Sequence record: DRR378314_578
Length of the DNA stretch: 64,000 bases
Direction: 5' to 3' (one strand)
Shown: positions 38,769 through 47,445 of the stretch, one piece after another
Numbering within the stretch: position 1 is the stretch's first letter
Layout of the letters: each line of letters starts with the position of its first letter
Position numbers and translations under genes: made by a program
The notes under the pieces: generated by a model
The model's input: the letters and a program-made list of their open reading frames with translations, nothing else
Told to the model about the DNA's origin: nothing
The model's database searches: none

Positions 38769-38820
38769 ATCCAGTTAATTTATCCAGATATTCGTTAAAC
38801 TTAAATTTTAATCGATAACA
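38769..38820 (-). promoter_or_regulatory. Three-box direct-repeat array upstream of the carbamoyltransferase operon
   Basis: atccagtta 38769, ttcgttaaa 38791, atcgataac 38811 (spacing 22, 20). Aligns with 14989-15040. Confidence 0.45.
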
Positions 38821-38830
38821 GGCTAGTTTA

Positions 38831-40003
38831 TCAAAACTGTTCAATCACAAAATCCGACCTCCTGTTCTTGGAATGCTCTTCTTCGGTACAACGAACACCA
38901 TCCGTACACTTGTTGGTCAATCGGGTCTCTCCATAGGCCTCATGACTGATTCTATCCTCCGCAATTCCTTTGGAAATAACATATTCAACGGTGCGTTCGG
39001 CGCGACGCTCCGAAAGCCATTGGTTATATTGTTCTGTTCCCCTTGAATCGGTGTGGGCAGTTACCTTTATAGTCAAATTGGGTTCATCTTCCATAATAGC
39101 GACCAATTGATCCAATAACTCCCTATCCTGGGAAGTTAGGTAAGATGAATTCAATTTGAAATATACATTGCCCAAATTGTTGATTTTGTTCTGAAGTGCA
39201 GCTCTTCGTGCATCTTCCGCATCTTTTTTGGCCTTTTCTGCAGCGGCAAGCGCGGCGGCCTCTTTTTCTTTTTGTAGTCGCTCCGCCAGTAATCTAGCTT
39301 CCTCTTCAGCTTTGGCTATGGAGTCCTGAACCCTTTGTTGTTCTTTTTCCATTTCCTGCAACAGGGCCAATTTCTCAGCTCCTTTTCTGGAAAGTCCTTT
39401 CTCCACCTCAAACCTATAGGCCACACCCACGGCATGTTGGATATGGTTTGTAGCATTTTCTGTATCCATGGCCCATTTTCCGGTAGAGTTAAAGTCCACT
39501 CCCCAGTGATCGGAGAACCAAGTTCTAAAACCTACAATTGCATTGTAGGTACCCCTGCCCTGGTTGTTGGCATCGGTATAACCAGCTCCTATACCTATGT
39601 AAGGATCAAAGAAACCCGTATGACCTAATATTTGATTGAGATCATAGCTTACTCTAAAATCAAGTCCCCAATAATCAATATCCTCGGGATTGACAACATT
39701 ATCAACTATTTTCCCTTCTTTGTATCGGTTGTAAGAACCAATGGCTTCCAGTCCTATCCCATTTTTAAAATAACGGCCTATGCTTGCCCTAGATGGATAT
39801 GGAACCATGTTCCAACCTTCCTTAAAGTCAAACAGTTCGCCAAATTCATCTCCGGAATCATCTACAGCATTGGCTCCCACGGTAACCAACCAATAGCTTT
39901 GGACAATACTGTCCTTTTTGGTCCATTCAACGTCTTGGGCAAAGGTCAAGGTAAAAGAAAAAATAGCCATGACCAGCATGGTCAAAGGTTTTGAAATATT
40001 CAT
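38831..40003 (-). CDS. OmpA-family outer membrane protein (beta-barrel, coiled-coil linker, OmpA_C)
   Basis: Signal peptide, Ala/Glu/Lys-rich helix, VYF..NS, AHTDSRG..YN..LSERRA and NRRS. Confidence 0.9.
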   Translation of the reverse strand: MNISKPLTMLVMAIFSFTLTFAQDVEWTKKDSIVQSYWLVTVGANAVDDSGDEFGELFDFKEGWNMVPYPSRASIGRYFKNGIGLEAIGSYNRYKEGKIVDNVVNPEDIDYWGLDFRVSYDLNQILGHTGFFDPYIGIGAGYTDANNQGRGTYNAIVGFRTWFSDHWGVDFNSTGKWAMDTENATNHIQHAVGVAYRFEVEKGLSRKGAEKLALLQEMEKEQQRVQDSIAKAEEEARLLAERLQKEKEAAALAAAEKAKKDAEDARRAALQNKINNLGNVYFKLNSSYLTSQDRELLDQLVAIMEDEPNLTIKVTAHTDSRGTEQYNQWLSERRAERTVEYVISKGIAEDRISHEAYGETRLTNKCTDGVRCTEEEHSKNRRSDFVIEQF

Positions 40004-40029
40004 TGTATTCGATTTGAGGTTATCGATTT

Positions 40030-40037
40030 CAAAGCTA
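40030..40037 (-). promoter_or_regulatory. -7 promoter element for the OmpA-family gene
   Basis: Reverse complement TAGCTTTG matches TAnnTTTG, 26 nt upstream of the ATG. Confidence 0.55.
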
Positions 40038-40117
40038 TGTCAAGCTTTTAAAAAAGGAAACTTTGCACTTTAAAGTGCGCTTATTTTCGACGAGAAGTAA
40101 CAAGAACTTTAAAAGCC

Positions 40118-40579
40118 CTAATGATCTACCCTTTGAAAAGTGATGGCTTTATCGACCAAGGGCAATTTGTATAGGTAAAATGGAAAATAAATTGGCTGTA
40201 CCGTTGATTCTCCGTTCTTTTCCTTCTCCAGAACTTCCAAGGCAATCGTCATCCCTTGATCGGTCTCTTTCAATTTGGATAATACCGGTATTTTTTCGCC
40301 TCTTTGTTCGCCCAAGCACACCAAAACCAGTATGTGTTGTGAGAAATCAACCGTCGGTACTGGAAGCCCCGGTTTTCTGGTCTGGTTTATTTGGGAATAG
40401 AATTTTCGCAACGATTTTATATCACGAATCACCCGAGTTTCAAAGGAATCAATATTGGTAAAGTTATCATGGTCCACCAAAACCAAATCCTCAATCTCCT
40501 CCCCTACTGATGCGGCACCTTCTTTTTGGGCCTTACAGGAGAGCAAACAGGTCAACGCTATGAATACAATGTATCTAAT
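40118..40579 (-). CDS. Hypothetical lipoprotein (possibly PrcB C-terminal-like); start uncertain
   Basis: ORF track starts at TTG 40555, but the in-frame upstream sequence reads (I)RYIVFIALTCLLS-C. That is a complete lipoprotein signal beginning at ATT 40579. P.VDF...LV..LGE motif. Confidence 0.6.
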   Translation of the reverse strand: MRYIVFIALTCLLSCKAQKEGAASVGEEIEDLVLVDHDNFTNIDSFETRVIRDIKSLRKFYSQINQTRKPGLPVPTVDFSQHILVLVCLGEQRGEKIPVLSKLKETDQGMTIALEVLEKEKNGESTVQPIYFPFYLYKLPLVDKAITFQRVDH

Positions 40580-40581
40580 GG

Positions 40582-41724
40582 CTAAAAGGTATTTTTAAAA
40601 CGGGATTTAAAGGCCTTCTCATAAAGGTCCTCGTACAACGGCAGAATATGGACAATATCAAATTTGGATGCCACATTGAACGCATTTTCCTTGAACTTCT
40701 CCAAAGTATCATCATCCTTAAGGATTTCAATGGCTTTGGCCGACATGGTGTCCACATCGCCAACATCGGCCAAATATCCGGAGACACCATCAATGTTTAC
40801 TTCCGGTATACCTCCGGTATTACTGGAAATTACGGCTACCTTGTTGATCATGGCTTCCAATGCCGCCAGACCAAAACTTTCTGTTTCTGAGGGTAGCAGG
40901 AACAGATCGGAAAAACAAAGAATCCTATCGATCTCGTTACTATTGCCCAAGAACAGCACCTTGTCCTTTAGTCCCAACGAATCACATAAATCTTCGGCCT
41001 TCTCCTTTTCTGGCCCTTCACCCACCATGATAAGCTTTGCGGGCATTTCTTTTTGAATACGATGGAATATTTTAACAACATCCGGAATCCGTTTGACCTT
41101 TCTAAAATTACTGATATGGGTAATGATCCGTTCGTCTTCCTTCGCCATCATGGTGCGCTGGCAATCGGTGTAATTGTTTTTGTACTTGGTAGTTTCAATA
41201 AAATTGGGGATGACCTCGATATCCTTTTCAATATCAAAAAGTTTCAAGGTCTCCACTTTTAAAGCTTCCGAAACCGAAGTCACCACATCGGATTTATTTA
41301 TACTGAAGGTAACTGCCGGCTTGTAAAATGGATGCTTGCCCACCAAAGTAATATCGGTTCCGTGCAAGGTGGTGATCATAGGGATAAAAATACCGTACTC
41401 TTGAAGCATTTTTTTTGCCATGTAACCGGCATATGCATGCGGGATGGCATAATGTACGTGCAACAATTCGATGTCATGCTGTTTGATGGTATCCACCAAC
41501 TTACTGGAAAGTGCGAGCTCGTAGGGTTGATAATGGAACAACGGATATTCCGGTACATGTACCTCATGAAAATGGATGTTGTTACCCAAAAGCTCCAATC
41601 GTACAGGCTGACGGTAGGTGATAAAGTGTACTTCGTGACCTCGCTCTGCAAGGGCAATACCCAATTCCGTGGCAACAACACCACTACCGCCAAAGGTTGG
41701 GTAACACACAATTGCTATTTTCAT
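40582..41724 (-). CDS. bshA: N-acetyl-alpha-D-glucosaminyl L-malate synthase (bacillithiol biosynthesis)
   Basis: CYPTFGGSGVVATELG, HVHYAIPHA, TTLHGTDITLVG, HISNFRKVKR and ESFGLAALEAM. Confidence 0.95.
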   Translation of the reverse strand: MKIAIVCYPTFGGSGVVATELGIALAERGHEVHFITYRQPVRLELLGNNIHFHEVHVPEYPLFHYQPYELALSSKLVDTIKQHDIELLHVHYAIPHAYAGYMAKKMLQEYGIFIPMITTLHGTDITLVGKHPFYKPAVTFSINKSDVVTSVSEALKVETLKLFDIEKDIEVIPNFIETTKYKNNYTDCQRTMMAKEDERIITHISNFRKVKRIPDVVKIFHRIQKEMPAKLIMVGEGPEKEKAEDLCDSLGLKDKVLFLGNSNEIDRILCFSDLFLLPSETESFGLAALEAMINKVAVISSNTGGIPEVNIDGVSGYLADVGDVDTMSAKAIEILKDDDTLEKFKENAFNVASKFDIVHILPLYEDLYEKAFKSRFKNTF

Positions 41725-41752
41725 AAGACAAATCTAAGGCAATATTTATTAC

Positions 41753-44665
41753 CTAATTAATAATGGAATCATAAATGGCCTGCTGAATACGTGTTCGCAA
41801 ACCCGACTTTATCAACAAAGTATTGGTCGCGGACGGATAGGTCCTGTTCGACAGAAAAACATACACAATTTCTTCATCCGGGTCCGCCCAGGTATAGGTA
41901 CCGGTAAAACCACTGTGCCCAAAACTTTTTCTGGACACACACCCGCAAGTAGGGCCCTTTTCCTCTAACTGGGGCTTATCGAAACCAACGCCTCTTCTCA
42001 CCTTCTTGTTACAGAAATAGCAGGTATTGAACCTTTTTACCGTACGTGCGTTAAAAAACCGCTCCCCTCCATAATAACCGCCCTGCAAGTACATTTGCAT
42101 AATCTTGGCAACCTCGTTCGCTGTACTGAACAATCCTGCATGACCACCGACACCACCCTGCATGGCCGCTCCCATATCGTGAACATAGCCCTGCACCGTC
42201 TGATATCTAAAATAGTCGTCCTCCTCCGAAGGAACTATCGCTTCTTTTGGAAATTTTTTCAACGGATTGAATGTAGTTCGCTGTAAACCCAATGGCCTGT
42301 AGAGAAATTCATCGACCAATTCATTAATGGGTCTTTTATAGGTATCCTCAATATACTCTTTAAAAACATAGTAACCGACATCACTGTATCGGTACCGGTT
42401 GGATTTTAAGCTTTGTCTTCCAATCCTATTGTAAATGGAATCCTTATAGGACCTGGTCAGGTATAAGTGCTCTGCCACTTTATATGGAAAAGCTTCCGAA
42501 GGGTTTTGTCGGTAAAATTCATTGGAAGGCTTTCTGTCCTTGGTCAAAGTATCCAAATAAAAAGCGATCCAAGACGGTAATCGGCCGTAATGGGACAATG
42601 CCTTCAATACAGAAACATCCTTTAACTCGGTATCGGCGTATTCGGGAATCAGGTCTTTAAAGGTATCGTTCAAGGCAATCTTGCTCTCTTCTTCCATCTT
42701 CATGATCATGGGCAAGGTGGACAAAATCTTGGTCAAGGAGGCAAGATCGTAAATGGACTCATCGGTAATCCCATGCTCCGATTGATAGGTCGGTTTTCCA
42801 AAATTCTTGTTATAAATTACTTTCCCCCTACGGGCAATCAACACCTGCGCTCCGGGAAACATCAAAGAATCCAATCCGTTATGAACAAGGGTGTCCACTT
42901 CTGACAGCATCTCGGAACTCATACCAACCCGCTCGGGAACACTGTATCCCAAGCGTTGAATGGCTTGTACATCAACACCCGTGCCTACTGGAAATTCACC
43001 ATGGGCCGATACGGGGAGTTTACCTGTAGCTCCAATCGCCCCAAATATAACTTCAGCTACCTTTTTCTGGGCAATGTCACTATTCTGATACCCTACAACT
43101 ACACCGTCCATCGTATCAAAGTTGAGAATATCCAGCAAGGCATATGGTCTGGCAAACAAAGCCAGAATGGTATTGCTCGTCCGTAATCGTGAAATTTCTT
43201 CCAGCCAAAAACGCTCATTTTTGGAAAATTTATATCCTCTCCATGGACTCGAATTATCTTTATGCAAACCAATAATAACCAGGTTGAACTTTGCCAGTTC
43301 CTTTTTGTACTGAGCAATATCCTTGGCCTTTATGTGGGTCACTTCATAATATTTGTTCAATGCGGCATGAAAAGGGGCGCCGGAATCATCTCCAAAATGC
43401 ACATAAGCAATTTTCTTATTGTCCAGTTTTTTGATGGGCATTAACGAGAAATTATTCTTGGTAACCGAAATGGCCGCTTCAATGGCCTCTTCATAAACCA
43501 CATCGTTTTCGATGCTGTTTAAATCCTCGTGCAAGTTTCCCAAATCCACAGCTTGATACTTATACAGCCCTGCTTTGTATTTGGCCATCAATATTTTTTT
43601 GACGGATGCTGACAGTCGCTCTTCGGTAATAAGGCCCGACTGATATGCCTCAATAAACTTTTCTTTCGCTTTTAGCACATTCTCTGGCATCAAAAGCATA
43701 TCGTTACCCGCCAAAAAGGCTTTGAGCTCTACCTCCCCCTCTGGGGCGAACTGGGATACGGCCTTCATGTTCAAGGCATCGGTAATGACCAGACCTTGAA
43801 AGCCCATCTGATTTTGCAGTACTTCCGTGACAATGTTTTTGGACAATGTTGAGGGATGCCCTTCTCGAGATTCCAAACTTGGCACATCCAAATGCGCCAC
43901 CATTATGGAACTCAATCCTGCTTCCATTGTTTTTTTGAAGGGATAAAGTTCGATAGAATCCAAACGCTCCATCGAGGAATTGATAATCGGCAAGGATTTA
44001 TGCGAATCCGTGGCAGTGTCTCCATGCCCTGGAAAGTGTTTGCCGCTGGAAAGCACCCCCGCCTTTTCCATTCCCCGAACAAAGGCACGCCCCTTTTGGG
44101 CCACATTTTTAGGGTCCTCACCAAAAGAACGGTTTCCTATAATCGGGTTTTCCGGGTTGTTGTTCACGTCCAAGTCCGGTGCAAAATTGATATGCACCCC
44201 CAGACGTTTGGCATGTTTTCCGATTTGATAGCCTACCTTTTCTACAATGGCACTATCCTGTATCGCTCCCAAAGTCATATTCCATGGAAAGGCATAGGTT
44301 GAGTCCAAACGCATGGCCATGCCCCATTCGGCATCAGAACCGATGAGCAATGGTACTTTGGAAACAGCTTGGTATTCGTTGGTCAGTTTGGCCTGTTGAA
44401 CAGGTCCTCCCACTAAAAAGATGACCCCTCCAATACGTTGCTCCTGAATTAAGCTTTTTACCCTGTCCGTTGCCGATTTGCCTTGGTTGGATGCAACGCT
44501 TACCATAAATAACTGTCCTATACGCTCTTGCAAGGACATATTGGCATATTGGTTCTCCACCCAAGCCGTTTGTGGCACGGAGTCTTTGACAACCAACGGG
44601 TTAAATTGCCCGATGGCGTGAAAACAACATAGTAGTAAAAGAGGGAGGTAGCGATTTATCCGCAT
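41753..44665 (-). CDS. GH3 beta-N-acetylglucosaminidase (NagZ-type) fused to a beta-lactamase-fold serine hydrolase
   Basis: Signal peptide and KHFPGHGDTATDSH NagZ signature. C-terminal LASLTK (SxxK), YRYSD and GHSGFTGT. Confidence 0.9.
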   Translation of the reverse strand: MRINRYLPLLLLCCFHAIGQFNPLVVKDSVPQTAWVENQYANMSLQERIGQLFMVSVASNQGKSATDRVKSLIQEQRIGGVIFLVGGPVQQAKLTNEYQAVSKVPLLIGSDAEWGMAMRLDSTYAFPWNMTLGAIQDSAIVEKVGYQIGKHAKRLGVHINFAPDLDVNNNPENPIIGNRSFGEDPKNVAQKGRAFVRGMEKAGVLSSGKHFPGHGDTATDSHKSLPIINSSMERLDSIELYPFKKTMEAGLSSIMVAHLDVPSLESREGHPSTLSKNIVTEVLQNQMGFQGLVITDALNMKAVSQFAPEGEVELKAFLAGNDMLLMPENVLKAKEKFIEAYQSGLITEERLSASVKKILMAKYKAGLYKYQAVDLGNLHEDLNSIENDVVYEEAIEAAISVTKNNFSLMPIKKLDNKKIAYVHFGDDSGAPFHAALNKYYEVTHIKAKDIAQYKKELAKFNLVIIGLHKDNSSPWRGYKFSKNERFWLEEISRLRTSNTILALFARPYALLDILNFDTMDGVVVGYQNSDIAQKKVAEVIFGAIGATGKLPVSAHGEFPVGTGVDVQAIQRLGYSVPERVGMSSEMLSEVDTLVHNGLDSLMFPGAQVLIARRGKVIYNKNFGKPTYQSEHGITDESIYDLASLTKILSTLPMIMKMEEESKIALNDTFKDLIPEYADTELKDVSVLKALSHYGRLPSWIAFYLDTLTKDRKPSNEFYRQNPSEAFPYKVAEHLYLTRSYKDSIYNRIGRQSLKSNRYRYSDVGYYVFKEYIEDTYKRPINELVDEFLYRPLGLQRTTFNPLKKFPKEAIVPSEEDDYFRYQTVQGYVHDMGAAMQGGVGGHAGLFSTANEVAKIMQMYLQGGYYGGERFFNARTVKRFNTCYFCNKKVRRGVGFDKPQLEEKGPTCGCVSRKSFGHSGFTGTYTWADPDEEIVYVFLSNRTYPSATNTLLIKSGLRTRIQQAIYDSIIN

Positions 44666-44756
44666 AAAATCTTGTCTAAGACCTGAACTTATTGCCGATA
44701 AAAATATTGTATTTCATCGAGGAATGCATAGAAATTAAGATAAATTAAGAATTTTG

Positions 44757-45239
44757 CTATACAAATCTGGAGTGCCAACTTTCACTGGCGGGTACTTCCC
44801 AATGCTCTAAATATTCTTGTTTGGTGGCCACCAAATTATTAAAGACAATAGTGTTGGCCGAAACAGATTTGGCCTTTGCCATCTTTTTAAAATCCTTCAG
44901 TGGCTTATAGGCGATATATTCTCCTTGTTTATAGGAAACATTCATTCGGTCTAGCAGCTCCACATTGTATTTCTGTTCCAAGGTTTGAATAAAATGTACG
45001 GAGGCATCAATGGAACAACCCGAAGCACTGACATTGGTCTGGTCCAGCCCGATTACGATAAAGCGTTTGTATTTTATTTCGAAGCCTGCATTGAGATTGC
45101 TGCCATGGGCCGTCCATTCTTTGAGGAAAGCCGTTAAGCTATCTTCCAACTCGTTCAATTCTTCTTCCGTAAAACTCCTGTTGGCCTGATAAATCCAAAT
45201 TCTGGAGTGGTCTGGCAATTCATTAAAATCCACTAGCAT
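44757..45239 (-). CDS. Conserved hypothetical protein with SGCSID motif
   Basis: 160 aa with SRIWIYQ, W.AHG and ASGCSID. No Walker motifs visible. Confidence 0.75.
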   Translation of the reverse strand: MLVDFNELPDHSRIWIYQANRSFTEEELNELEDSLTAFLKEWTAHGSNLNAGFEIKYKRFIVIGLDQTNVSASGCSIDASVHFIQTLEQKYNVELLDRMNVSYKQGEYIAYKPLKDFKKMAKAKSVSANTIVFNNLVATKQEYLEHWEVPASESWHSRFV

Positions 45240-45253
45240 ATTTTTTTTCTTTT

Positions 45254-45303
45254 CGGTCTCGACTTTAGTTTATCCTGGCTTGGTCGAAGGGCTCGACCTG
45301 ACA
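45254..45303. repeat. Degenerate REP-like palindromic element
   Basis: GC-rich cggtctcgact..tttatcctggcttggtcgaagggctcgacctgaca in an AT-rich spacer, with hairpin ggtcga-agggc-tcgacc. Resembles Flavobacteriaceae dispersed repeats from memory. Single copy in this window. Confidence 0.45.
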
Positions 45304-45317
45304 TTTCTACATTAATT

Positions 45318-46109
45318 TTATAATCCTTGGGAATTCGCCAATAATTCAGCTACATCCAAAACAATGACACTATCTTCTTTTTCGTGTGCTTTTATCCCAT
45401 CTGTCATCATGGTATTGCAGTATGGGCAACCCGTCGCAATAATATTGGGATTGGTCTCCAAAGCATCTTTGGTGCGCAGTACATTTACATCCATATCCCC
45501 TTTTTCTGGCTCTTTGAACATTTGTGCACCCCCTGCTCCACAACATAGGGCTGTTTTTTTATGGCGTTTCATCTCCACCAATTCTGCATTGGTCTTGGTC
45601 AGCAATTCCCTCGGTGCATCAAAAATGGAATTGGCCCGTCCCAAGTAACAGGGATCGTGAAAAGTGATTCGCTTTCCTTTGTATCCTTCTCCTTCTATTT
45701 GTAAACGCCCATTATCTATAAGTTCTTTTAAATATTGCGTGTGGTGGACCACCTCATAGCTACCTCCCAGACTTGGATACTCGTTTTTTATGGTGTTAAA
45801 GGAATGTGGGTCACAGGTTACGATGCGTTTTATTTCATAGCCATTCAACAATTCAATGTTCATCATGGCCTGCATCTGGAACAAAAATTCATTTCCGGCC
45901 CTTTTCGCCACATCACCCGTTGAGCTTTCCTCAGGTCCCAAAACGGCAAAATCAACATTGGCTTTGTTCAATAGCTTCACAAAGGCCCTGGAAATCTTTT
46001 TGGCACGGTCGTCGTAACTGCCGGCAGAACCTACCCAAAACAATATTTCCGGTTGTTTGCCCTCCGCCATAAACTCCTGCATGGTCTTCACCTTCAATTG
46101 TTCACTCAT
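45318..46109 (-). CDS. CCG-domain Fe-S protein
   Basis: HDPCYLGR, CCGAGG and CPYC. The first CCG domain is degenerate (SSTGD, TCDPH). Confidence 0.88.
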   Translation of the reverse strand: MSEQLKVKTMQEFMAEGKQPEILFWVGSAGSYDDRAKKISRAFVKLLNKANVDFAVLGPEESSTGDVAKRAGNEFLFQMQAMMNIELLNGYEIKRIVTCDPHSFNTIKNEYPSLGGSYEVVHHTQYLKELIDNGRLQIEGEGYKGKRITFHDPCYLGRANSIFDAPRELLTKTNAELVEMKRHKKTALCCGAGGAQMFKEPEKGDMDVNVLRTKDALETNPNIIATGCPYCNTMMTDGIKAHEKEDSVIVLDVAELLANSQGL

Positions 46110-46119
46110 AATGTTTGAT

Positions 46120-47445
46120 TTATTCGTTTACCCAGTTTAAACGGTCCATTTGATTGTAAGGCCAAGGGGCTCCGTTGTTCTCGATGTTCGACATCATATT
46201 GTTCAACTCTGTAGGTGCGGCCGATTGCTCCATTACCAGATACCTGCGCATTTCCACAATAATGGACAAGGGATCTATGCTAACGGGACATGCTTCCACA
46301 CAGGCATTGCAGGTGGTACAGGCCCAAAGTTCCTCCGTTGTGATGTAATCGCCCAATAATTCCTTGCCATCGGGAACAAACTTTCCTTTATTGGCATCTA
46401 TATTTTTGCCCACTTCCTCCAAACGGTCGCGGGTATCCATCATAATTTTTCTGGGTGATAATTTTTTTCCGGTCTGGTTCGCAGGGCATTCCGAGGTACA
46501 GCGCCCGCATTCGGTGCAGGTATATGCGTTCAACAATTGCACCCAGTTCAGATCCATAACATCGGAGGCTCCGAATTTTTCGGGTTCCGCTGCTTCATCT
46601 TCCGCTGGTGCGGCGTAAGGGTCGGCATCGGGGTCCATCATCAGTTTCACCTCTTTGGTGACGGACTCCAGATTATTGAACTGCCCCTGTGGCTTTGTTT
46701 TCCCGTAATATGTATTGGGAAAAGCCAAAAGGATATGTAAATGTTTTGAATAATATAGATAGTTCAAGAAAGCAAGTATTCCCAGAATATGCAGCCACCA
46801 AGCTGTGCGTTCCACCAAAATCAAAGAGGACTCGGAAAGACTTTCAAATAAGGGAACAATATACTGGCTCACCGGGAAAGCTCCCGCCTGTGCGTAGTGG
46901 TCCACGCCCAATTGCTGCAATTGATAGTCCGCAGCGTTCATCGTCAAAAACAAGAGCATCAGAACAAACTCGATGTACAGAATCAGGTTGCCATCAGTCT
47001 TGGGCCAGCCTTTCATCTCGGGCTTTATGAATCTTTGAATACGGATAATATTTCTTCTGACCCAGAAAACAACTACCGCCACGATGACCAACAGGGCCAA
47101 GATTTCAAAAGAACCGATTAAAAAGTTGTAGACCGCACCAAGGGGTGAAAACAGCCTGTGGGTACCAAATAGTCCATCAAGAATAATTTCCAGCACCTCG
47201 ATATTGATGATGACAAAACCAACATAAACGATGATGTGCATTAAACCCGCAACTGGCCTTACCACCATTTTGGTCTGCCCCAGGGCTATTTTTGTCATAT
47301 TTTTCCACCGTTGTGACTTGTTGTCGCTCACGTCCACATCTTTACCGAGTTTAATGTTACGGGACAACTTTTTTACATTGCGGGCAAAAAAACCAATGCC
47401 CACAATAAGGGCTACGGCAAATATGATATTGGGCAAATATTCCAT
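46120..47445 (-). CDS. Membrane Fe-S oxidoreductase (cytochrome-b-like TM domain + 2x[4Fe-4S])
   Basis: About five TMs with His residues (GLMH, WWLH, SKHLH). CTECGRCTSECP and CTTCNACVEACP. Confidence 0.88.
   Translation of the reverse strand: MEYLPNIIFAVALIVGIGFFARNVKKLSRNIKLGKDVDVSDNKSQRWKNMTKIALGQTKMVVRPVAGLMHIIVYVGFVIINIEVLEIILDGLFGTHRLFSPLGAVYNFLIGSFEILALLVIVAVVVFWVRRNIIRIQRFIKPEMKGWPKTDGNLILYIEFVLMLLFLTMNAADYQLQQLGVDHYAQAGAFPVSQYIVPLFESLSESSLILVERTAWWLHILGILAFLNYLYYSKHLHILLAFPNTYYGKTKPQGQFNNLESVTKEVKLMMDPDADPYAAPAEDEAAEPEKFGASDVMDLNWVQLLNAYTCTECGRCTSECPANQTGKKLSPRKIMMDTRDRLEEVGKNIDANKGKFVPDGKELLGDYITTEELWACTTCNACVEACPVSIDPLSIIVEMRRYLVMEQSAAPTELNNMMSNIENNGAPWPYNQMDRLNWVNE

Noticed and set aside
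41753-42960. Beta-lactamase resistance gene
   Set aside because: The SxxK fold is fused to a NagZ-type GH3. It is more consistent with an AmiE/esterase-like hydrolase, and resistance cannot be inferred.
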